Shown: positions 9,201 through 19,614, counted from the stretch's first letter. The stretch is 64,000 nucleotides of DNA from an uncultured Actinomycetes bacterium (GCA_963767005.1 CAVYCN010000011.1:32001-96000); one strand, 5' to 3'. Translations and numbers: made by a program. The notes: a model not told the origin generated them from the sequence alone.

Positions 9201-9698
9201 ATGCAGACGATGAGCTACTGCCTGTGGTTCGACGGTGTGGCCGAAGAGGCCGCCCGCTTCTACGCCTCGGTGTTCAAGGACTCGCGCATCGTGAACGTGT
9301 CGCGCTACCCCGAGGGCTCACCCGGCACGCCCGGCACGATCATGAGCGTGCAGTTCGTGATGAACGGCCAGGACTTTCTGGCGCTGAACGGCGGACCACA
9401 GTACAGCTTCACGCCGGCCATCTCGTTCGTCGTGACCTGCGATACGCAGGACGAGATCAACGAGCTCTGGGAGCGACTCACCGACGGCGGCCAGGAGGTG
9501 GCCTGCGGCTGGCTGACCGACCGCTTCGGGATCTCCTGGCAGATCGTGCCGCGGGCGCTCGGCGCGATGATGGTCTCGCCCGACAGGGACGCGAGCCAGC
9601 GCGCCTTCTCGGCGATGCTGGAGATGAAGAAGCTCGACCTCACCGCCCTGCGCCGCGCCTTCGAGGGCGCCGACGACGCCGGCGAGGCGGTCGCCTAG
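9201..9698 (+). CDS. VOC/PhnB-like (3-demethylubiquinone-9 3-methyltransferase domain) protein
   Basis: LWFDGVAEEAARFYASVF...ALNGGPQYSFTPAISF...CGWLTDRFGISWQIVP; AGGAGG SD. Confidence 0.92.
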   Translation: MQTMSYCLWFDGVAEEAARFYASVFKDSRIVNVSRYPEGSPGTPGTIMSVQFVMNGQDFLALNGGPQYSFTPAISFVVTCDTQDEINELWERLTDGGQEVACGWLTDRFGISWQIVPRALGAMMVSPDRDASQRAFSAMLEMKKLDLTALRRAFEGADDAGEAVA

Positions 9699-9722
9699 AC
9701 CAGCGCGACCGACGCGCTGGTC
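9698..9722. terminator. hairpin between convergent genes
   Basis: gaccagcgcg-accga-cgcgctggtc, 10-bp stem. Confidence 0.55.
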
Positions 9723-9724
9723 GC

Positions 9725-10312
9725 CTAGGCCCGCGTGACCGACGCGGCCCACGACGTGAGCGCCGGCGCGGCCCGGCGCAGGGCGAGCCAGGCGCGTGGG
9801 GCGGCGCTCAGGGCGGCGAGCGGGCGCTGGGCCTCGTGTCCGGGCGCGTCGAGCACCACGCGCAGCACCGCGAAGGGCGCGTCGCCTGCCGCCGCGGCGA
9901 GCCACACCGACTCCATGTCGGCGCCGAGGACGCCCTGGGTCGCAAGCGCGCGCCGCCGCGACCCGTAGACGACGTGCCTGGTGCTGGCGACGGGTCCCAC
10001 GGCGACACGGTCGAGGCCCAGCACCGTGAGGGCCTCGACAAGCCCCTCGGTCGAGCACAGCAGCGTCCCCTGCGGGCCGCGCACCTCGCTCGCCACGATC
10101 ACGTCGCCGGCGCGCAGGCCGGGGTCGACCGCTCCGCACAGCCCGGCCACGGCAACCGCGCCCGCCGGCGCAACGGCGGCCGCGGCCCTGCGGGCGCGGG
10201 CCGCCCCCATGCCGCAGCGCACCACCCGCACGCCGGGCAGGGCGCGGCGGACGGCGATCCGCTCGACGCGCAGCGGCGTAAAGACGAGCAGCGATCTGTC
10301 GGAGGTCTCCAT
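9725..10312 (-). CDS. nucleoside phosphorylase-fold protein (HpnG-like)
   Basis: RCGMG...AGLCGAVDPGLRAGDVIVASEV...ADMES...VLRVVLD. Confidence 0.75.
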   Translation of the reverse strand: METSDRSLLVFTPLRVERIAVRRALPGVRVVRCGMGAARARRAAAAVAPAGAVAVAGLCGAVDPGLRAGDVIVASEVRGPQGTLLCSTEGLVEALTVLGLDRVAVGPVASTRHVVYGSRRRALATQGVLGADMESVWLAAAAGDAPFAVLRVVLDAPGHEAQRPLAALSAAPRAWLALRRAAPALTSWAASVTRA

Positions 10313-10429
10313 CACGGTTCCTCACCGCGCATCGTATCGCGGCGTAGCGCGGCGGAGGTGGCTCACCACCGAACCTGCCGGGCGGACTGCGGTGGCCCGC
10401 CTTTCAGGCGGGGCGCGACGGCAGGCCGG

Positions 10430-11401
10430 TCAGGCGCGCCGCGCCGCGGCGGCGGGCGCCTGCGCCACCGCCCCCCGACGCCCGTCGGCCGCCACCAGCG
10501 TGATGCCGGCCACGACGACGACCCCGCCCAGTACGAGCCTCAGGCTCGGCGTCTGGCCGGTCACGAAGAGGCTCAGGGCGATCGTCCAGAGCACGTAGGT
10601 GCTGTTGGCCGGCATCGCCCGGGCCGGGCCGAGCAGGTCGAGCGACCGGTAGTAGGCGAGGTAGGCGCCGGCGCCGCAGAGGCTCGCCGCGATCAGGATG
10701 ACGATCGTCGGCGAGGTCACGGTGCGCAGCGTGACGCCGGTCGCGGCGAACAGCGGCAGGACGAGGGAGAGGAAGACCGCGCCCGACACGGCCTCGCGGA
10801 TGTTGAGCGCGGCGAGCGACGGCATGCGCTGAAGGCTGCGGGCGACGAGCACCCCCTCGACCGCCCAGCCCGCCGCCGCCACGATCGCGCACAGGGCGCC
10901 GAGCAGGTAGTGCGGCGAGGCGCCGCCCGCGGGAGCGTACGTCGCGAAGATCGCGCCGGCCACGGCGAGCGCCACGCCGGCCCAGCCGACACGACGCAGG
11001 CGGTCGCCCAGCACGGCGAACCCCAGGGCGGCGCCGAGCGCCGGGTAGAGGGCGGAGATGGCGACCGCGTACGGCGCGCCCGCCCAGGCGATGGCGAGCA
11101 GGTACGCCGACATCGCGACGGGGCCGCCGAGCAGGGCGGCGAAGCACACCACGAGGCCGTCGCGAGTGCGCAGGGCGCGCCAGGCCTCACCCAGCCGCCC
11201 GGCGGCGCGGTCGGCCACCGTCACCCAGACGAAGGCGAAGCAGTCGTGCAGGGCGGCCGCCGCGAGCGGCGCGGCGAAGAGCGCGCCCGCCGCCGAAAGC
11301 GGCGGGCGCGCGAGCGCCTCGCCGAGCACGACGGCGGCGGCGCCCCACAGGGCGCCGCTTGCGAGCGCGAGGGCGATCCCTCTGCTGTGCCGGTCTTTCA
11401 C
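10430..11401 (-). CDS. DMT/EamA transporter, LicB/MttP-like subtype
   Basis: About 10 TM helices; LHD, ALLGGPVAMSAYLLAI, ISALYP and LNIRE motifs. Confidence 0.8.
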   Translation of the reverse strand: MKDRHSRGIALALASGALWGAAAVVLGEALARPPLSAAGALFAAPLAAAALHDCFAFVWVTVADRAAGRLGEAWRALRTRDGLVVCFAALLGGPVAMSAYLLAIAWAGAPYAVAISALYPALGAALGFAVLGDRLRRVGWAGVALAVAGAIFATYAPAGGASPHYLLGALCAIVAAAGWAVEGVLVARSLQRMPSLAALNIREAVSGAVFLSLVLPLFAATGVTLRTVTSPTIVILIAASLCGAGAYLAYYRSLDLLGPARAMPANSTYVLWTIALSLFVTGQTPSLRLVLGGVVVVAGITLVAADGRRGAVAQAPAAAARRA

Positions 11402-11644
11402 GCCCCGCGCTACGCCGTTCGACGTCTGTTCTTTTGGATCAGGACCTGTCTCCCGCGTGCGACCGGCACCGCATCTGCCGACCGGCCGGGCCGCCGCCTC
11501 GCGCGCCCGCCGCGGTGCCCCGCGGACTCTTTCTGCACCCTTCCCCGTCGAGCCGGACCACGACACCTTGCGACATCGCGCCGCTCCCGGCTGCACGCAC
11601 CACGACCGCTACGACGTCCGAAATCGCCCGTCCGCGCCGGACGC

Positions 11645-12496
11645 TCAGCCGGCGCGCAGCAGCGTGAGCGCAGCGACGCCGACGATGATGCAGCCCACAC
11701 CGCCGAGCTGCAGGCGGGTGAGCCGCTCGCGAAAGAGCAGGAACGCGGCCACGCCGGCGACCGCCGCGAACTGCGACGAGAGCACGGCCGTGATCGCGAC
11801 GTCGTGGCGCGCGCCGGCCACGTAGGCGAGAAAGCCGCCCACCTCGGCCAGACCCGACGTCGCCACCAGCGGCAGGGAGCGCCGGGTGATCTCGAGCCGT
11901 CCGGTGACCGCGAGCGGGACGGTCACGACGAGGACGCCGACCAAGCGCGGCGGCAAGGCGGCCCAGCCGGCCGGCAGCGACGCGCCGAGCCGGGCCGTCG
12001 CGTACAGGCCGCAGCCGAACGAGAGGGCGGCCAGCAGCGCGAGCCCGACCGACGGGCGCGGGCGCTCGCCAGGCGCCGGCCGCTCCTCGCGCGCGACGGC
12101 GGCGATCACGATGCCGGCGGCGATCACGCCGAGCAGCGCGGCGGTGTCGGGACCGAGCCGCTCACCGGCGGCGACGGCGAGCAGGGCGGCGACGGCCCCT
12201 TCGGTCGAGACGATCGGCGCGACGAGGCCGACCTTGCCGCGCCGCAGGGCCGTGTAGGCCAGCAGCAGGCCGCCGACGTTCCCGACGCCGGCGACGACCA
12301 TCCAGCCGGCGTCGGCGGCGCTGGGCGCGATCCCTTCGCGGCCGACGGCGATGACGCCGACGTTGGCCGCCAAGCCCACGAGCGCGACCCAGGCGACGAC
12401 CGAGGCCGGCCTGATGAGGCGGCTCGAGCGGGCCGAGCAAAGCGTGCTGACGCCCCAGATGAGCGCCGCGCCAAGGCCGCCGAGAAGCGCGATCAT
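11645..12496 (-). CDS. DMT/EamA transporter
   Basis: Hydrophobic; YTALRRGKVGLVAPIVS and FLLFRERLTRLQLGG. Confidence 0.88.
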   Translation of the reverse strand: MIALLGGLGAALIWGVSTLCSARSSRLIRPASVVAWVALVGLAANVGVIAVGREGIAPSAADAGWMVVAGVGNVGGLLLAYTALRRGKVGLVAPIVSTEGAVAALLAVAAGERLGPDTAALLGVIAAGIVIAAVAREERPAPGERPRPSVGLALLAALSFGCGLYATARLGASLPAGWAALPPRLVGVLVVTVPLAVTGRLEITRRSLPLVATSGLAEVGGFLAYVAGARHDVAITAVLSSQFAAVAGVAAFLLFRERLTRLQLGGVGCIIVGVAALTLLRAG

Positions 12497-12791
12497 CGCG
12501 CGTCGTCGCGCACGCGATGGGACCGCCGTCCTGTGAAGCTCGTGGGTCGTCCGCGGCTCGTGGGCCCTCCTTTGCGCCGTACGGCCGCGCCCTCCAGGCG
12601 CCGCCGCCCGCGGACGATGATATCCCGCCGCTCGCCGCTCGACGCTTGACCTTGCCCCTGGCGCCAAGTCCACAGTCGAGCCGTCATGTCACGGTCAGAC
12701 AGCGGAGCACGACGAAGCCTTCGCGCTGCCGCTGCGCTGACGGACGGTACGGCCTCTGGCGCGGGGGCGGCCGGCGAGGCGCCGGAGCCGA

Positions 12792-13094
12792 TCAGCGGTC
12801 GCGCCGTGCTCGGCGCGCGCGGCGCCGGCTGTCCAGGTCGACGACCTGACCGCCGCCCGTCGGCGGGCGCCCGCCGTCCGCCCGACGGCGGGCGCCGCCT
12901 TGCGAGCGGCCCACCACCGACCGGCACGCGAAGCCGGCGCCCAGGGCGACGAGCGCCACGGCGATCGGCCACAGCCACCAGGGCAGCGGTCCATACGGGG
13001 CGATCCGGCCGGGGCTCGAGAGGGCGTGCCACATCCCGGCGGGGCCGTTCTTCACGGCCAGGGCCACGTCGATCGCAAGCGCCTGCGGCGCCAC
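12792..13094 (-). CDS. small membrane protein, hypothetical
   Basis: One TM (WWLWPIAVALVALGAGF), basic tail with VVDLDSRRR, GGAG before GTG. Confidence 0.45.
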   Translation of the reverse strand: MAPQALAIDVALAVKNGPAGMWHALSSPGRIAPYGPLPWWLWPIAVALVALGAGFACRSVVGRSQGGARRRADGGRPPTGGGQVVDLDSRRRARRARRDR

Positions 13095-13228
13095 CGCTCC
13101 GCCCCCTGCCTGGGTCGCCTCTCATCGCCATCCTAGTCGCGCCGCCGGCCGGCGCAATCGTTGCGGCGCTCGGCGCGTCGGGATCGAGGGCACGTCGGAT
13201 CCGTGCGAGCAAGGGCGCGCGCTCGAGC

Positions 13229-13262
13229 GGCGCTGAGAGGGGCCCGGGCCCCTCTCAGCGCC
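13229..13262. terminator. perfect 34-bp palindrome ending the minus-strand operon
   Basis: ggcgctgagaggggccc / gggcccctctcagcgcc, about 15 nt past the 13277 stop. Confidence 0.7.
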
Positions 13263-13276
13263 TCGCGAGCGTGCGC

Positions 13277-14332
13277 TCAGCGCTCCGCGAGCGCCCGCTC
13301 GAGCAGCGCGAAGCCGGCCGCGGAGGGTACGGTGACCCGCACCGTGCCGGGGCACTCGAGCGCGGCGCCCGGCCGCACGCTCACGCCGCCCCGTTCGAGC
13401 CGGCCGGCGAGGTCGTCGGCGCCGCTGAGCACGAGCACGAAGTTCGTCTGCGAGGGCACCACGGCATAGCCGTGCGCCGCGAAGAGGGCGGCCAGGCGCT
13501 CGCGCCCGGCGCGCACCTGGACGCGGGTGCGCTCGCGCCAGGCCGCGTCGTCGACCGCGGCCTCGGCGGCTGCCTGGTTCAGCGTCCCCACCGAGAACGG
13601 CGGCCGGATGCGGCGCAGGTACTCGACCAGACGGGGGTCGCCGACCAGGTAGCCGACGCGCGCCCCCGCGAGGCCGTAGGCCTTGGACAGGGTGCGTGTG
13701 ACGACGAGGCGGCCGCCGGCCTCGGCGGCCAGGCTCGTGCCGTCGGGGTCGTCGACGAAGTCGATGTAGGCCTCGTCGACGACGACGAGGCGGGCCCGCG
13801 ACGCGGCTACGAAGGCGCGCAGCGCCGCGCGCGAGACGGCCGTGCCGGTAGGGTTGTGGGGGTTGCAGACGAAGGCGACGTCGGCCGCCACGGCCGCCAT
13901 CGCGTCGAGGTCGTGCACCCAGTTCGCCAGGGCGACCCTGGTGACCGCGGCGCCCAGCATGCGCGCGGCGATGTCGTGGATGCGGTACGGCGGGTCGGCG
14001 CAGACGACCGCGCCGCCGCCGGCGGCGTAGGCCATGACGAGCAGGTAGACGAGCTCGTCGGAGCCGTTTGCCACGAGCACCGCGTCGGGGTCGACGCCCA
14101 GGCTGGCGGCGAGCCGGTCACGCAGCCGGCTCGCGAGCGGGTCGGGGTAGCGGTGCAGCCGCGCGACCGCCGCCGGCAGCGCCGCCGCGACCGCCGGCGA
14201 GGCCCCGAACGACGACTCGTTCGACGCCAGGCTGCCGTCCTCGCTGCCGGCCGGCCGGCCCGTGATGTACGGGTGGAGCTCCGTCACCTCGGGCCGCGGC
14301 TCGGGCGCGTCGCCGTAGCCGCCCGCGCCCAC
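13277..14332 (-). CDS. HisC-like class I/II PLP aminotransferase
   Basis: LASNE, HRYPD, ANGSDE, CNPHNPTG, VVDEAY and RTLSKAYGLAGARVGY. Confidence 0.9.
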   Translation of the reverse strand: MGAGGYGDAPEPRPEVTELHPYITGRPAGSEDGSLASNESSFGASPAVAAALPAAVARLHRYPDPLASRLRDRLAASLGVDPDAVLVANGSDELVYLLVMAYAAGGGAVVCADPPYRIHDIAARMLGAAVTRVALANWVHDLDAMAAVAADVAFVCNPHNPTGTAVSRAALRAFVAASRARLVVVDEAYIDFVDDPDGTSLAAEAGGRLVVTRTLSKAYGLAGARVGYLVGDPRLVEYLRRIRPPFSVGTLNQAAAEAAVDDAAWRERTRVQVRAGRERLAALFAAHGYAVVPSQTNFVLVLSGADDLAGRLERGGVSVRPGAALECPGTVRVTVPSAAGFALLERALAER

Positions 14333-14334
14333 CG

Positions 14335-15708
14335 CTAGACCGCCGCGACGGGGCGCTCGCGCTGGACGATCTTCGTGGCGGCGGCGATCACCTCGAGGCT
14401 CGCGTCGACGTCGGCCTGTGTGTGCGCCGTGCTCGCGAAGAACCGCTCGAAGTTGAAGTTGTGGAAGTAGACGCCGCGCGCCTGGCACTCGGCCTGCAGG
14501 CGGCCGAAGAAGTCGGTGTCGCTGGCGCGCGCCTGGCGGTAGCGGGTCACCGGCTCCTCGTGGCCGAAGAACACCTGCCACATGGGCCCCACCTGGTTGA
14601 TGACGGCCGGCACGCCCTGCTCGGCGAAGATCGCGCGCAGGCCGCTCACCATGGCGTCGGCGATCGCGTTCAGGTGGCCGTAGACGCGCTCACGGTCGCC
14701 CATGAGGATGTCGAGCGCGGCGTTCATGCCGGCCAGGGTCATGGGGTTGCCGCTGTAGGTGCCGCCGTGCAGCACGACGCCGTCGGCCTCGAGCTCCATG
14801 ATGTCCTTACGGCCGCCGAAGGCGGCCGCGCCGGGCGTGCCGCCGCCCACCGCCTTGGCGACGCAGGTGATGTCGGGGATCACGCCGTAGAGCTCCTGGG
14901 CGCCGCCCAGCGACACGCGAAAGCCGGTGATCACCTCGTCGAAGATGAGCAGCACGCCGTGCTCGTCGCAGATGCGCCGCAGCCCCTCGAGAAAGCCGGG
15001 TGCCGGCGGGATGATGCCGGCGTCGGCGAGGATCGGCTCGGCCAGTACCGCCGCGAGCTGATCGGCGTTGCGGCGGATGAGCTGCTCGGCGCTGTCCAAG
15101 TCGTTGAAGCAGCCCACGATGACGTTGTCCTCGAAGGTGCGCGGGATGCCGGCCAGCGAAGGCAGCGTGCGCGGGAACTTCTCGGTGCCGGCCGCCTCGA
15201 GCGCCGGCACGTGCGAGAAGGCGTGGCAGTCGAGGAAGCCGTTGTAGCTGCCCTCCCACTTGAGGATCTTGTCCTTGCCGGTGAAGCCGCGGGCCAGGCG
15301 GATGGCCGCCTGCGTGGCCTCGGAGCCCGAGTTGGCGAAGCGGAGCTGCTCGATGCCCGGCACGCAGGCGACGATCTTGCGGCCGACCTCGTAGTCGAGC
15401 TCGTGCGGGAACGTGTAGAGCAGGCCGCGCTCGTTGATCTGCTCGGTGATGGCGTCGACGATGGCCCTGGGCCGGTGGCCGAAGATCATCGGTCCGTAGC
15501 CGATGCACCAGTCGATGTAGGCGTTGCCGTCGACGTCGTAGATGCGGGCGCCCTCGCCGCGGTCCATGACGATGGGGCGCGTGCCGGTGAGGCGCGCGTA
15601 GCTGCTCTCGCCGCCCGACACGACCTCCTTGCAGCGGGCGAACAGCGCGCTCGTGCGCGCGAGACGGCTGTCGTCGATGAGAACGTCGGTCGCGGGGGCG
15701 TCGCTCAT
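14335..15708 (-). CDS. class III PLP aminotransferase (GSA-aminomutase-like)
   Basis: YDVDGNAYID, NSGSEAT, LIFDEVITGFR, AKAVGGG and HGGTYSGNP; YNG in place of the usual YHG suggests it is not HemL itself. Confidence 0.9.
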   Translation of the reverse strand: MSDAPATDVLIDDSRLARTSALFARCKEVVSGGESSYARLTGTRPIVMDRGEGARIYDVDGNAYIDWCIGYGPMIFGHRPRAIVDAITEQINERGLLYTFPHELDYEVGRKIVACVPGIEQLRFANSGSEATQAAIRLARGFTGKDKILKWEGSYNGFLDCHAFSHVPALEAAGTEKFPRTLPSLAGIPRTFEDNVIVGCFNDLDSAEQLIRRNADQLAAVLAEPILADAGIIPPAPGFLEGLRRICDEHGVLLIFDEVITGFRVSLGGAQELYGVIPDITCVAKAVGGGTPGAAAFGGRKDIMELEADGVVLHGGTYSGNPMTLAGMNAALDILMGDRERVYGHLNAIADAMVSGLRAIFAEQGVPAVINQVGPMWQVFFGHEEPVTRYRQARASDTDFFGRLQAECQARGVYFHNFNFERFFASTAHTQADVDASLEVIAAATKIVQRERPVAAV

Positions 15709-15756
15709 GGGGTCCTGCCTCCTTTTGCGGTCCGCCGGGGGTCCCCGGCGTGACGA

Positions 15757-17094
15757 TCAGCCTCGGCGCCTGTCGTCGACGCGGTGGCAGGCGGTCTTGC
15801 CCTGGCCACTCGTCACGCGCGGCAACGAGAAGGGTTCGTGCAGCTCGACCCGGGGGGTGACGCCCGCCGTCGCCTTGGTGGCCGCCGCGATGCGCTTGCC
15901 CAGGACCTCGCGAGCCTCGTCGCTCATCGCCCCGAGGCCGTTGACCTCGACCTGGAGCGTCAGGCGGTCGAGGTTGCTCACGATCTCGACCACCATGCAG
16001 AAGTTGTTGGCCACCTGCTCGAAGCCGACCAGCACCTCTTCGATCTGGCTGGGGAACACGACGAGGCCGCCGATCGACAAGGCGTCGTCGCTGCGGCCGG
16101 TGATGCGGCCGATGCGCGGGTGCGTGCGGCCGCAGGGGCACGGCTCCCAGGTGAGCGACGAGATGTCGTGGCTGCGGTAGCGGATCATCGCCATCGTGTC
16201 GCTCGTGAGCGACGTCCAGACGAGCTCGCCGGGCTCGCCGTCGCCGACCGGCTCGCCGCTGTCGGGGTCGATGCACTCGACGAGCAGGTGGTCGGACCAG
16301 ACGTGCATGCCCTGCTTGACCGGGCACTCGCAGGCCATGCCCGGTCCCAGGAACTCACCCATGCCGTACTCGTTGAAGGCGTCGACGCCGAGCGCGTCGG
16401 CCAGGCGCTGGCGCCCGGCCTCGGGCCATGGCTCGGCGCCGAACAGGCCGACGCGCAGCCTGGAGTCGCGGCTCAGGTCGATGCCGCGCTCGAGCGCCTT
16501 GTCGGCCAGGAAGAGGCCGTACGAGGGCGTCGTGCACACGGCGGTGACGCCGAGGTCGACGATCAGATCGATGAGCAGCTCGTGGCGGCCGATGCCGGCC
16601 GGCACGACGCCGATGCCGGCGTGCTGGGCGCCGTACTGCAGCCCGACGCTCGTGGCCAGGCCGTAGGCGAAGCAGTTCTGCAGCAGGTCGCCGGGGCGCA
16701 GGCCGACCATCCACATGGAGCGGGCGTTGCGCCGCGCCCAGGCGTCCATGTCCTGGCGCGAGGCCCAGATCGGCGTGGGCTTGCCGGTGGTGCCCGAGGT
16801 GCTGTGCACCTCGATCACGTTGTCGAGGCCGCAGGTGCGCAGGCCGTCGGGGTAGGTGTCGCGCAGCGTCGTCTTTTCGAGGAACGGCAGCCGCCTGACG
16901 TCGTCGAGCGTCGCGATGTGGCGCGGCTCGACACCGGCTTCGCGACAGAGCCCGCGGTAGGTCGCGCTGCCCGTGTAGGCCAGCTCGACCTGGCGCACGA
17001 GGCGCTCGAGCTGGTGCGCCCGCAGGGCGTCGGGCGCGAGCAGCTCGGCCGCCGGGTCGAAGCACACGCTGCGGTCGACGGCGGTCGTGGTCAT
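15757..17094 (-). CDS. paaK: phenylacetate-CoA ligase family
   Basis: HSTSGTTGKPT, GLFGAEPW, YGMGEFLGPG, IRYR and GRSDD. Confidence 0.88.
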   Translation of the reverse strand: MTTTAVDRSVCFDPAAELLAPDALRAHQLERLVRQVELAYTGSATYRGLCREAGVEPRHIATLDDVRRLPFLEKTTLRDTYPDGLRTCGLDNVIEVHSTSGTTGKPTPIWASRQDMDAWARRNARSMWMVGLRPGDLLQNCFAYGLATSVGLQYGAQHAGIGVVPAGIGRHELLIDLIVDLGVTAVCTTPSYGLFLADKALERGIDLSRDSRLRVGLFGAEPWPEAGRQRLADALGVDAFNEYGMGEFLGPGMACECPVKQGMHVWSDHLLVECIDPDSGEPVGDGEPGELVWTSLTSDTMAMIRYRSHDISSLTWEPCPCGRTHPRIGRITGRSDDALSIGGLVVFPSQIEEVLVGFEQVANNFCMVVEIVSNLDRLTLQVEVNGLGAMSDEAREVLGKRIAAATKATAGVTPRVELHEPFSLPRVTSGQGKTACHRVDDRRRG

Positions 17095-17738
17095 GCTCCG
17101 GCCTCCCCGGTCGCGGCCACCGGCGCCGCCTCGCCGGCCGCCTCGCGGCCGGTCTGGAACGCCGTCAGGTTCATGCCCAGCCACGCCGCCGGCACGTTGG
17201 CGCGGATCGCCCGCTCCCACGTCTCGGACGCAAACGACAGGCAGCGCGACAGCGCGCCGAGCAGCACGACGCCGGCGACCTTCGCGTCGCCGACCCGCTC
17301 GGCGACGGCGTTGCCGTCGAGGGCGATCACCCGCCGGCCGCCGGCCGAGATGCGCTCGACGGCGTCGAACGGATACGCGAAGTCGCCCTGCGCGGCAAGG
17401 GGCGGCACGATCTGCTGGGTGTTGACGATAGCCACGCCGCCGGGCCGCACCGAGATCGCGTAGCGCAGGCCCTCGGCGGCCTCGAAGGCGAGCAGGTAGT
17501 CGGTCTCGCCGGGGCTGATCGACGGGGCCACGACCGTGCGCCCGATCCTGATGTGCGAGCAGACGCTGCCGCCGCGCTGCGACATGCCGCGCGTCTCGGA
17601 CAGCTTGACGTCGAGGCCGCCGTGGAGCAGCGCCGTGTCGGCGATGACGGCCGCCGCCAGGATCACGCCCTGGCCGCCGACACCGACCACCATGACGTTG
17701 TCGACGAGGCCGTCTGCGTAACGGTCGCGGCCGCTCAC
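17091..17738 (-). CDS. iorB: indolepyruvate:ferredoxin oxidoreductase beta subunit
   Basis: VGVGGQGVIL...SETRGMSQRGGSV; GTGA overlap with iorA. Confidence 0.9.
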   Translation of the reverse strand: MSGRDRYADGLVDNVMVVGVGGQGVILAAAVIADTALLHGGLDVKLSETRGMSQRGGSVCSHIRIGRTVVAPSISPGETDYLLAFEAAEGLRYAISVRPGGVAIVNTQQIVPPLAAQGDFAYPFDAVERISAGGRRVIALDGNAVAERVGDAKVAGVVLLGALSRCLSFASETWERAIRANVPAAWLGMNLTAFQTGREAAGEAAPVAATGEAGA

Positions 17739-19555
17739 GACACACCCGCCGCGGCGATCGCGCCGACCTTGCAGAGCTGAGCGCACAGCGAGCAGCCGCT
17801 GCAGGTGTCGGCGTCGATCGCCACCTTGTGGCGACCGCGGTGCTCGGCCTCGACGTGGCGCAGCGAGGGACAGCCCAGGCGCATGCACTGCTGGCAGGCG
17901 TTGCAGACCTCCTCGTCGACCGCGAAGGCGCCCGCGCCGGCGACCTTGCGCGGGAACAGCATGCAGGGCCGGTTGGTGACGATCACTGCCGGGCCCGTAA
18001 AGGCGAGGGCCGCCTTGAGGGCCGTGAGGCAGGCGTCGTAGTCGTAGGGATCGACGGTCTCGATGTGCTCGACGCCGAGCGCCCGGCAGAGGCCGACGAG
18101 GTCGAGCGGCATGGTCTCTGTCCCCGCCAGGGTGCGCTCGTTGCCGGGGTTGGTCTGGCCGCCGGTCATCGCCGTGATCGTGTTGTTCTGGATGAGCACG
18201 GCGACGTTCGCGCGCTGGTGCACGGCGTTCAGCAGGCCGGTGATGCCGCTGTGCAGGAACGTCGAGTCGCCGATCACGGCGACCGAGCCCTTGGCGCTGC
18301 CCCCGGCGCGCCAGAAACCTTGGTCGATGGGGATGCTCGCCCCCATCTCGAAGGCGCAGTGCATATGGCTCACCGGCGGCAGGCTGGTGAGGTCGTAGCA
18401 GCCGATGTCGCCGTGCACGTCGAGGTCGAGCTTCTTCATGGCGGTCGCCATGCCGCGGTGCGGGCAGCCGGTGCACAGCACCGGCGGCCGCGGGATCACG
18501 GTCGCGTCTTCGGCCTGCTTCTCGGCCGCCCAGCGCGGCACGTCGAGACCGGCGTCGTGGAAGCCGCGCCCCACGCGCACCGGCGTGAGCTCGCCCCAGG
18601 CCGGGAACCAGCGCTTACCTTCGCAGGCGATGCCGGCAGCAAGGACCTGCTCCTCGATGTAGGGCTCGAGCTCCTCGACCACGAACAGCCGATCGACGCC
18701 GGCGGCGAAGCGGCGGATGGCCTCGACCGGCAGCGGGTGGATGATGCCGAGCTTGAGGAACGCGGCGCCGGGCAGCGCCTCTTTGGCGCTCATGTAGGCG
18801 GCGCCGGCGGTCACCACACCGATGCGCGCGACGCCGCCGTCGCGCAGCGGCAGGCGGCCGCCACCGGCGGGCTCCTCGACGCGCGCCAGCGGGCTCGCCT
18901 CGGCGTAGACGCGCAGGCGCTCGAAGCGCTCGAGCAGGCTGCGGTGCAGGGGCCGCGAGAAGCGCGGCAGCATGCAGTACTTCTCGGTGCGCCGGTCGGG
19001 CGGCCGCCGGGGCGGCTCGGGGCGCGCACCGTCGGCGGCCAGCGTGACGACCGATTTCTGGTGCGCCGTCTGGGTGCTCATGCGCACCATGACCGGCACG
19101 TCGAAGGTCTCGCTCAGTTCGTAGGCGAGGCCGACGAACTCGTAGCACTCCTGGCTGTCGGCCGGCTCGAGCATCGGCATGCTCGAGATGCGGCCGAAGT
19201 AGCGGTCGTCCTGCTCGGTCATGCCGCTCGCCATGCCGGGGTCGCCGGCCAGGCAGACGACGAGGCCGGCGTTGACGCCGGTGTAGACCGAGGTGATGAG
19301 CGGGTCGGCGGCGACGCTCGCGCCGGCGCTCTTCATGGCCGTGAGGGCGCGCACGCCGCCCATGGCGGCCCCGAAGGCCACCTCGTAGGCGACCTTCTCG
19401 TTGGTCGACCACTCCGCATAGACGCCCTCGTAGGTGGCAAGACTGGTGACGATCTCGGTGCTCGGCGTGCCGGGATAGGCGGCCGCGACCTGCACGCCCG
19501 CCTCCCAGGCGCCGCGGGCGAGAGCTTCGTTGCCGAGCATGAGTCGAGTCGCCAT
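17735..19555 (-). CDS. iorA: indolepyruvate:ferredoxin oxidoreductase alpha subunit
   Basis: LGNEALARG...YPGTPSTEI...NEKVA, RPPVLCTGCPH, GDIGCY, IGDSTFLHSG and two C-terminal 4Fe-4S motifs. Confidence 0.95.
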   Translation of the reverse strand: MATRLMLGNEALARGAWEAGVQVAAAYPGTPSTEIVTSLATYEGVYAEWSTNEKVAYEVAFGAAMGGVRALTAMKSAGASVAADPLITSVYTGVNAGLVVCLAGDPGMASGMTEQDDRYFGRISSMPMLEPADSQECYEFVGLAYELSETFDVPVMVRMSTQTAHQKSVVTLAADGARPEPPRRPPDRRTEKYCMLPRFSRPLHRSLLERFERLRVYAEASPLARVEEPAGGGRLPLRDGGVARIGVVTAGAAYMSAKEALPGAAFLKLGIIHPLPVEAIRRFAAGVDRLFVVEELEPYIEEQVLAAGIACEGKRWFPAWGELTPVRVGRGFHDAGLDVPRWAAEKQAEDATVIPRPPVLCTGCPHRGMATAMKKLDLDVHGDIGCYDLTSLPPVSHMHCAFEMGASIPIDQGFWRAGGSAKGSVAVIGDSTFLHSGITGLLNAVHQRANVAVLIQNNTITAMTGGQTNPGNERTLAGTETMPLDLVGLCRALGVEHIETVDPYDYDACLTALKAALAFTGPAVIVTNRPCMLFPRKVAGAGAFAVDEEVCNACQQCMRLGCPSLRHVEAEHRGRHKVAIDADTCSGCSLCAQLCKVGAIAAAGVS

Positions 19556-19614
19556 GCTCGTCAGTCAAGCAGGAACGGGGCCGTCAGTTCAAGCGCGGGT
19601 GGCCCCGGCGTGCC

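Noticed and set aside
9032-12649. 1205-aa plus-strand ORF and other long Arg/Ala/Pro-rich ORFs
   Set aside because: Shadow frames of real genes, typical of very GC-rich DNA, with no recognisable motifs
14330-14337. Amber read-through fusion of the two aminotransferases (and of kinase to regulator at 30617)
   Set aside because: The downstream genes are in different reading frames
14335-15708. Assigning hemL
   Set aside because: Catabolic context and divergent motifs; only the class III family is supported
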